From the NCBI RefSeq assembly GCF_009914755.1, contig NC_060929.1: DNA of 64,000 nucleotides; one strand, 5' to 3'. This document shows positions 54,931-64,000 of this stretch, one piece after another. Position 1 is the first letter of the stretch. Every line of letters begins with the position of its first letter. The notes under the pieces were generated by a model that worked only from the letters and a program-made list of their open reading frames with translations, had not been told where the DNA came from and searched no databases. The position numbers and the translations under genes are program-made. Origin of the DNA: the human T2T-CHM13v2.0 reference genome, Homo sapiens.

Positions 54931-56394
54931 CATTGACAGAGCCACTGCTTGAACTGTTTTTTTTTTAATCTAAATTATTTGAAACACTGTTCTTCTGTAT
55001 TATATTATCAGACAGTGTTGTCATTGTTTCTTACAGACTCAAGCACACCTGTGTCTTTTTGTCTTTTCCTAAACTCCTACTTTCCACTGGCTAATGCATA
55101 CCTCCCCAACCAAGCCCATAATAGGTGGTTATGGAACAGCTCTCTATTGAGGAAGGGCTGAGAGCTGTTGGTTTGGCACAGAGATAACCAAAGAGTGAAG
55201 TGCCTACTAGACCAGGAAGACTATATCAGAAAACATTCAGTGGTTTAACACATGTCAAAATTATAACACCCAGGTTGAAACGAAAGGAGGAAGCCCCCAC
55301 ATCCTAGGAAAAAAAAGAAAGACTGTTCTTTGAAATAAAACTTTTTTTTTTCCCCTTCAGCAAGAGCACCTCTTCTGAGCTGACCCCATGGAATGCTAGT
55401 TCACTTTACATAAAATATTCTTATTCTGTACTTACATATTTTAGTGGGAAAAAAGCAAATGGGAGATTATCATCTGTCCAGATTTTGGGCTTGGCATTAT
55501 TTCTGACAACTCGCAATGAGCTGGAATTGCTGTTCCCTCTACTCAGTTGCATAGTTATGTGCTAAAACAAAAAGACAAAAAGCAAAAAATGCTATTTGGG
55601 CAGTAGTAGTCCTCCAAACCCAGCATTTTTTTTTAAAGCCTGTATTTTCCAAATGATATTCCAACAATCATAGTAATTTAGCATGTTGTGTTCTTGATTC
55701 TGGTGGGCAGACAGTGATTATGTAAGAAAATAAGGTATATTGTGCTGTTTGATATTGCACTTCAGCACAGGAACACCACCAGCTGACAGTAATCAGGCAA
55801 GGAAGACCAATTAGGCAGAAATTGCCCAAAATGTGCCTGAGCTTAACGAAGGTAGAAAGGTGAAGATCACTTGTGGTTTGGTCAGCACACCAGGAGTCTG
55901 GAATACAAAATGTACAACTTAGAAAGAAGGAAGTGTTAGTCAGCCCTGCATTTTAAATGATCACTTTGAAATTTAAGGAGAGACGCTTGTTATGTGGGAG
56001 TCTGGGAGACAGGTCCCGCTATCGGGGACTCTCACAGCATGTATGGTTTGCCACATCTGAGTCATTGGACCTAGTGGCACGTAATGAAGAAACAGGCTAT
56101 GTTCTCTGAGGTTATTGCTATTTCTTAGGAAAATGTATTAAACAGGTTGAGAGGAATGTTATTGCTCTGTATAAAGCCAGATGATTCAGAAAGCGAGTCC
56201 AGGGAATGGGGGCATTGTTTGTTTCTGAAAGTGACTCAATAAGGAAAAAGTTACCTTAAAAAATTGAACAATATCAGAAAGTATAGATTGGAAAGACAGG
56301 TGATGACAGTAATACCTCTCTCTTTATAGCCCTTTGCTACCCAAACAGAACTTAGAGATAAATCACCTCAGTTGCCTAATGAGATGATATAATG

Positions 56395-56610
56395 AGTTGG
56401 AAGACTTTGGAATCACAGGCGAAGGTATTTATTAGACTTAACTACCTGAGAGACGTACTATTAAAAATCTCTGACTCTTTGTTTTCCTATCTTAACAATG
56501 GGGATAATACACCAGACTCATGGCTCCTTGAAGTAAGAAATTAACAAGATGATATTTAAAAGAGGTAAGGCTGAGCCTGATACATAGAATGTGTTCAATA
56601 AATGTTGGCA
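56395..56610 (+). mobile_element. MIR SINE
   Basis: gactttggaatcacag ... ttttcctatcttaacaatggggataat ... tgttcaataaatgttggc. Confidence 0.65.
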
Positions 56611-56663
56611 GTTTTTTTTTTTTCTTTTTGCTCTCATGGCTCATAAAAGAATAAATGGTCTGG

Positions 56664-57741
56664 ATTCAGGACATAGGCATGGGCAAGGACTTCATGACTA
56701 AAACACCAAAAGCAATGGCAACAAAAGCCTAAATAGACAAATGACATCTAATTAAACTAAAGAGCTCCTGCACAGCAAAAGAAACTACCATCAGAGTGAA
56801 TAGGCAACCTACAGAATGGGAGAAAATTTTTGCAATCTACCCATCTGGCAAAGGGCTGATATCCAGAATCTACAAAGAACTTAAACAAATTTACAAGAAA
56901 AAAACAACCCCATCAAAAAGTGGACAAAGGATATGAACAGACACTTCTCAAAAGAAGACATTTATGCAGCCAACAGACACATGAAAAAATGCTCACCATC
57001 ACTGGTCATCAGAGAAATGCAACTCAAAACCACAGTGAGATACCATCTTATGCCAATTAGAATGGCGATCTTTAAACAGTCAGGAAACAACAGATGCTGG
57101 CGAGGATGTGGGGAAATAGGAACGCTTTTACAGTGTTGGTGGGAGTGTAAATTAGTTCAACCACTGTGGAAGACAGTGTGGTGTTTCTCAAGGATCTAGA
57201 ACTAGAAATACCATTTGACCCAGTGATTCCATTTCTGGGTATACACCCAAAGGATTATAAATCATGCTACTATAAAGACACATGCACATGTATGTTTATT
57301 GAGGCACTATTCACAATAGCAAAGGCTTGGAACCAACCCAAATGTCCATCAATGATAACTGGATAAAGAAAATGTGGCACATATACACCATTGAATACTA
57401 TGCAGCCATAAAAAAGGATGAGTTCATGTCCTTTGCAGGGACATGGATGAAGCTGGAAACCATCACTCTCAGCAGACTATCATCACACGGACAGAAAACC
57501 AAACACTGCATGTTCTCACTCATAGGTGGGAGCTGAACAACGAGAACTCTTGGACACAGGGTGGGGAATATCACATACCAGGGCCTGTTGGGGGTTGGGG
57601 GGCTGGGGAAGGGATAGCATTAGGAGATATACCTAATGTAAATGACGAAGTGATGGGTGCAGCAAACCAACATGTCACATATATACCTATATAACAAACC
57701 TGCACGTTGTGCACATGTACCCTAGAACATAAAGTATAATT
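56664..57741 (+). mobile_element. 5'-truncated L1PA (about L1PA7), ORF2 C-terminus disrupted
   Basis: ORF2p fragments ([31 protein letters not shown]; WIKKMWHIYTIEYYAAIKKDEF), G-rich 3' UTR, TSD aataa(a/g)tggtctgg (56650-56663, 57742-57755). Confidence 0.97.
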
Positions 57742-58339
57742 AATAAGTGGTCTGGTGTTAATTATTTTCAAGTCAAGGTAATAAAGTTCAAGCTAGAAGA
57801 AATAGGAAAATGTTGTAAAGAAAAGTTGATTACGTTTTGCCTGTTTATTATAAAGCATTTAACTTTTAGTATATCTTCAAATAACTTCTACTTGATTTGC
57901 ACAGTTTTCTTAAATTGTAATAAGTATTTTTATAATTGAAAACTATTTTTATAATTTAAGAAAAGTATTTTTATAATCATGTATTTTACATATTGTACCT
58001 TTAAATGTTTTTCCAATAGTAACATAAACCCACATTTCTTCCACTATCATTTAGAATAATATTATAAACCCATTGTCCTCAAATAATTATACCTTTTATT
58101 GTTTCCTTACCTACCCCACTTTCTTCTTTTCTATGTTTTATCTTTCTATCCTCTTTCCCATTGACTCTTGTATCATCATTAGTTTCTACACTACTTATAG
58201 CAACTTTGGTTCATATAATTCCAAAAAATATTTAATCTATTATTTCTATTTATCTTAGGATTGTTATATGCAACATAGTAAAAATCAAGAAATGTTAACT
58301 GTCATTGTTATTATCTCTATGCTTTTATTTTTAAATCTC

Positions 58340-58890
58340 TGTTTATTAGTTATCCATTGCTGCATACTAAATTACCCTAAAACATATGGCTTAAAGCAAT
58401 AAATATCTATTAGTTCACATTTGTTGGTAATAGCTCTATGTCATAGCTCAATGCCTCTGGCTTGTCATAGCTTGATGCCTCTGGCTTAAGGTCTCTCATA
58501 AAGCTGTGCTTACACTGTCAGCTGGGGCTGTGGTCTCATCTGAAGGTTTGATTAGGGGTGGGAGAATCTGCTCCCAAGCTGATGAATGCGGTTATTGGCT
58601 GGTTTTATTCTCTTGCTGCATGAGCCTCTCCACAGGGATAGGTCACAGCATGGCAATTACCTTCTCTCAGGGAAAGAGTCCAAGAGAGAGAGTAAGAGAG
58701 GGCACACAAAGCAGAATTCATAGTCTGTGACTTAATCTTAGAAGTGTCATTCCATCACTTCTGCCATATTCTATTTGCAGAAGTGAGGCAATACGTTTAA
58801 CAGGCACTTAAGAGGAAAGAATTACCTAAGGGCATGAGTATCATAAGGCAGTGATCATTGGGAGTCCTCTTAGAGAATGTCTGTCATCTA
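58340..58890 (-). mobile_element. MLT1 (F/G/H-like) MaLR LTR
   Basis: tattagttatccattgctgcatactaaattaccctaaaac, gctggggctgtggtctcatctgaagg, catcacttctgccatattctatt. Confidence 0.82.
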
Positions 58891-61041
58891 AAATTTCTTT
58901 CTGATGTTTATAGACTGCCTTAATTCAGGCTTTCAATGTCATTTGACATTCACCACTCCTTAAGATTTCCCTCTTAACTCTGTGTAAGCCACCATCACTA
59001 GCAAATATTTATATTTTAGGTGTTTGTCTGTTAAAGTAAGTCTCTGGGGTGGGTGGTGGGGAAGGTTTCTATTGTCTTCAGAATAAATACTTTTAACCCT
59101 TGAGACACAGTTGAAGCTCTTCAAAAATCTACTCCTTGCCTTCCTTTCCAGTTTTTTGTCCCTATCAACATCTCTAGTCCCTGTCCCCAAAATTGTCCTA
59201 GGGAACAATAATTAGATCAGGAATCAACACTGGCTCATAAAATTCCTTTATACATTCCTGTGCTCAGATTGGACCATCTGAAATGTATAGTCAGAAAAAT
59301 CCTGATATTCTTCTGAAGAAATGTTGCCAAACAGTTCCTCAAATCTTGGTACGTGAGTCACACTTCAAGTGTACATAGAAATCACCTCCCTGGACATCAC
59401 TGCTATTTCACAAAGCTCAACAAGTCAAACCTTCAAAACAATGCATGCGTCTTTAAAAATGTGCTTGACATTTTCCCAAATTTTCTCCTTGTCTTTTCTT
59501 GTACAATGTGCTCTTTCTCTAACCTAAGAATTGCACAATTAGCATGCAGTATTCCCTAGTATCAATCCTTTTGACTAATTAAGAAGAGAAACATTGAGAG
59601 ACTATCCTCAGATCACATCACCAGGGAGGGAGAGAGCCAGAACCACAAATAATCTATGCATGTGTCAGATTCTCTTCACCATACAACACTGTCTTTCTTA
59701 TGTTCTTACAGACAGCAGCCTATAAAATAGCATGCTAGAATTTGGATTGATGTTCCATTTCTCCTCCAACAGTTTTTTTTGTTTTTTGGTTTTTTTTTTT
59801 TAGAAATCAGAGTACAAATAGAAAAAATCATAAGCATGTCATTTGCTTTTATTAAAAAAGGATGTCCCAAATCAGGAAATGTGACTGAAGAGTTATGTTT
59901 GAAATTATAAAGGCTCTGAAATTAACCATGAATTTAACACTTGCTGAATTTAACTATTAATTTAGCATGTAATACATTTTTAATAAAAGCAAAAGTGTTT
60001 AAAAAGGAGGTAAAATTCTACTCATGTCTATACATGCAAAAGAGCAGATTGAATAATAAATATATTTATTCTGTAAATTTTAAATGTTGTGGGGAATAAT
60101 CCCTGTAAAATAGTTTATCTGTAGTAGGAGAGTCACATTGTATCACAAATGTTTTTAATAAATGATGGCATACCTGAAGGTTGTCTATTTTTAAAATCAA
60201 CCGTTGTTTCCAGTATCAACCAGTACTTTCAGATAATGCCATTAGAAAATAATTTTATTTACTTCAGCCAACATATGAATACCTTCAGACAGAATTGGAG
60301 ACATTTTTAAAAATGATCTATGCCATTTCTTTCCTGCTGCAAATATTGTCCTCTTGACAGTCTTTAGCAGTGTGTAGGTGTGAATGTGGGTGTGCATATG
60401 AATGAACAGAAGCGAAGCTATAGGTAAATCAGCATGTGAAAATATTGTTTTAATAAAAGGAAATATTTTTGTCTATTGAACAGGCCAGAAAAGAACTATC
60501 AACATAAGATGGTTAAAATGTAATGACGTGCAGAGATATCTCAGGGGGAGTACGTACAGTTTTATCTCTCTGTCTCCAGGGGAGTATATGTAAACTAAGC
60601 ATAAATATTTTTATGTGTGGCAGATTTTTAAAGCTAATTGTTAGTAAACCATGGCTCCATGAAAAACCTCTAAGGCGCAATAAACTGCTTCAGTATTAAG
60701 ATCGTTGTAAAATAAAATTCGGCAAGTGTATATAATGTATTCAAAGGGAATTGATGAAAAGTATAGTACCAATAGCATGCAATATTCAGTTTGATATGAA
60801 AATATTTTAAAAGCACAATATAGGGCCAAAACTTGGAACAAAAAAAAAAAAATGTTCAACTGAAAATAAAATCATGTAATGGCCATTCATACAAGAGGAT
60901 AAATGAAGCTTTGCCAGTTAAACAAATATAAATATATGTATATATGTTTTTAGGAATAATGAGGGCAAGATCTTAATTAGCTTAACAGGGTTAGGACTGA
61001 GTTTTAATGTATTAGGAAAAGAGTTAAAGTATCTGGATAAG

Positions 61042-61399
61042 GGCCGGGCATGGTGGCTCACACCTGTAATCCCAGCACTTTGTGGGGCCAAGGCGGTCAG
61101 GTCACCTGAGGTCAGGAGTTCAAGAACAGCCTGGCCAACGTGGTGAAACTCCGTTTCTACCAAAAATATAAAAATTAGCCAGGCGCGGTGGCATGTGCCT
61201 GTAATTCCAGCTACTTGGGAGTCGGGTGTGGTCACATGCCTGTAATTCCAGCTACTGGAATTACATAAGCTACTGGAGGCATAAGAATTGCTTGAACCTA
61301 GGAGGCAGAGGTTGCAGTGAGCGGAGATCATGCCACTGCACTCCAGCCTGAGCGACAGAGTGAGACTCCATCTCAAAGCAAAAAAAAAAAAAAAAAAAA
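61042..61399 (+). mobile_element. Alu (AluSx-like) with an internal ~50-bp rearranged insertion
   Basis: Dimer, poly(A) tail, TSD aaagtatctggataa/aaaggatctgggtaa, extra sequence at about 61221-61275. Confidence 0.95.
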
Positions 61400-62799
61400 A
61401 AAGGATCTGGGTAACATAGTCTCCCATCTCATAAGGCACCAAAAATAATAACCTACATTTGCTTAGGTTGGAAGTCATTTTGCTGGCAAACAACTGCTCT
61501 GAAAAAGGAAAACATAGGTATAAACCTAATTTCAATGATTTTTATTAAAAATCTGAAAATTAGACATTGCTAAATGTCACACAAAGAAAAATATAACCCC
61601 AGTATTTACTGGATGATACTCAGAAGCCTCAACAGTATATTTTCAAAATCATCGTAGAGTATACTTCACTAGCTAAAGCTAGTATTCAAACTGATACATA
61701 AGAAATAAATTATATTAATTGTTACTTTTAAAAATGAACTACATTTATACAGGAATGACTTTTTCACTCTGCCTCAGTAGCCTTTTATAAATTCAAATTG
61801 CATATAAAATTATAAATTTCTAAAATATAAACAATTAGCTGCATCTTAGGACTTTTAATGCATTTTTCTCTGGATATAAAACAAATATCTCCACACAGTT
61901 GAAGATGGAAGTTCAGTTGACTAATGTTTGTAGTAGATGGTATTAATATATTACTTAAATAAATGTTGTAAAGTTTGCAGTTGAAAATAAAATAAATGGA
62001 ATGACACCCCAACAACAACACAAGATCTAGTTGTTTTGTAGAAATTCCTTTGCTAAAGGGTTCAGGGGTAGAATATGAAATTTAATGAGTGTAAATGTCA
62101 AGTCATGCATGTGCAGGGAGAGGAGCGAGCTAAGTTCAATTTAAATGGCAGTGAATTAGTTAACGGGGGTGAAGAGATAAGGATAAATAACTAGATCCAA
62201 CATTTGAATTCTCATTGCATTATACAGGAACCAAGAAAGCTAATAAGAAGCTGACTTTTACCAAGACCAATATATTATCCCAAGGATATTGTGCTATTTT
62301 GCTTCATGGGAATTAGTCCAAATCTGGGATTTATAGTGAAATTTTGCTGCTTTATTTTTTTCATAAAAACATAGCAGAATTGAAAAGGTTTGTATAGACA
62401 TATTAACTAATCATGCTTTACATATAGCAAGTTAGTTACTTTTCAAAGACACATAGGTAATTGATAACTATTTAACGACAAAAACTATGAAATTGATCTA
62501 GGACAAAAAGAAGACTGTAAATAAGTTTTATTGAAAAAGAGATTTCTAAAAACATGAAGCTATATGACCTGGTGATAATAGTTAAAATATGTTTAATTTC
62601 AGTTTCACATAGCGTGTTTTGGAACGTTGCATGTATCACTTTTAGCCAAATAAAAGCAAATATTGGCCTCTCAGAATATGCCTATAATGTTGATAATCCT
62701 TTTGAAATGCATTATCCTTCATATATACAAAGCTAATTAAAATTTCAGTTTCTTTATGTGATCTGGCTTATTTTGTATTTTCTCTAATAAAATGTAAGC

Positions 62800-62925
62800 T
62801 ACAAAATGGCAGAAACATTTTTTCTGTCTTATTCACTGTTCCTCCTCAGATTCCTAGAACTATGCTTAGCACAAAAGAGCTGCTCCATAACTATTTGTTG
62901 AATGAATGAGTGAATGATTAAGTAA
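62800..62925 (+). mobile_element. L2 3' tail
   Basis: ctatttgttgaatgaatgagtgaatga. Confidence 0.7.
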
Positions 62926-63080
62926 ATAAGTGCGGTCCTTCTTTCCTCTGGGGTCCCATTTGCTAGCATTGCCCAGGTGTTGTTAACTGCTTGAGATTTT
63001 CCTTGTGACAGCACACAGTGTGAAGGGAAGAGAAGAGGACTGCAGTCACTGTGTCCATTTAGTTCTTGTTAAAGACTTGG

Positions 63081-63750
<670 letters not shown>

Positions 63751-63759
63751 AAAGTTGGA

Positions 63760-63920
63760 TTGGAATTTAGGTACCAGCATTTAATTTCTTTCCACTATGT
63801 TCTTAAAGGGCCTCAGTTCTCTGGAAAAATTTTAGAAACTTAGTGTTCTTTTGAGGATTAAATGAGATAATGTATACAAGTGTTTAACCAAATATCTGAC
63901 TCTAGTAGGGCCTCAATTTG
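63760..63920 (+). mobile_element. MIR SINE
   Basis: ttttgaggattaaatgagataatgtatacaagtgtttaac. Confidence 0.65.
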
Positions 63921-64000
63921 ATTATTTTCCCCCAGTCCCCTTAAATAACCTATTAACAGTGTAAACCAGTAATCAGAAAATCACTTCCTGCATCTATACC

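Noticed and set aside
60918-61535. Longest ORF (205 aa) as a protein-coding gene
   Set aside because: It reads through an antisense Alu ([13 protein letters not shown]..., [15 protein letters not shown]) and starts at a non-ATG codon. ORFs 25216..25620, 10920..11267 and 43563..43781 are likewise Alu-derived.

Overview
This is AT-rich, repeat-dense primate genomic DNA, most likely human or another great ape, since it carries an SVA and a near-consensus AluY. I find no intact protein-coding gene, no CRISPR array and no prokaryotic-type system. The ORF track is explained by Alu, L1, L2 and LTR fragments, a decayed RPL21 processed pseudogene and chance. The window holds about 15 Alus, two L1PA-type 3' fragments (one with a twin-priming inversion), many L2/MIR and old L1 remnants, MaLR/ERV LTRs and hAT MERs. 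It also holds a truncated HML-6 (LTR3) provirus 5' end with a tRNA-Lys PBS, and an ancient tRNA-derived SINE-like head. The most notable structures are an SVA with a ~307-bp 3' transduction enclosed by a perfect 21-bp TSD, a recent complex templated insertion/duplication at 50.3-50.6 kb, several other template-switch scars, and a very young AluY that may be polymorphic. I cannot support a new biological system from this sequence. Repeat subfamily names come from recalled consensus sequences, not a database search, and boundaries of old repeats are approximate.
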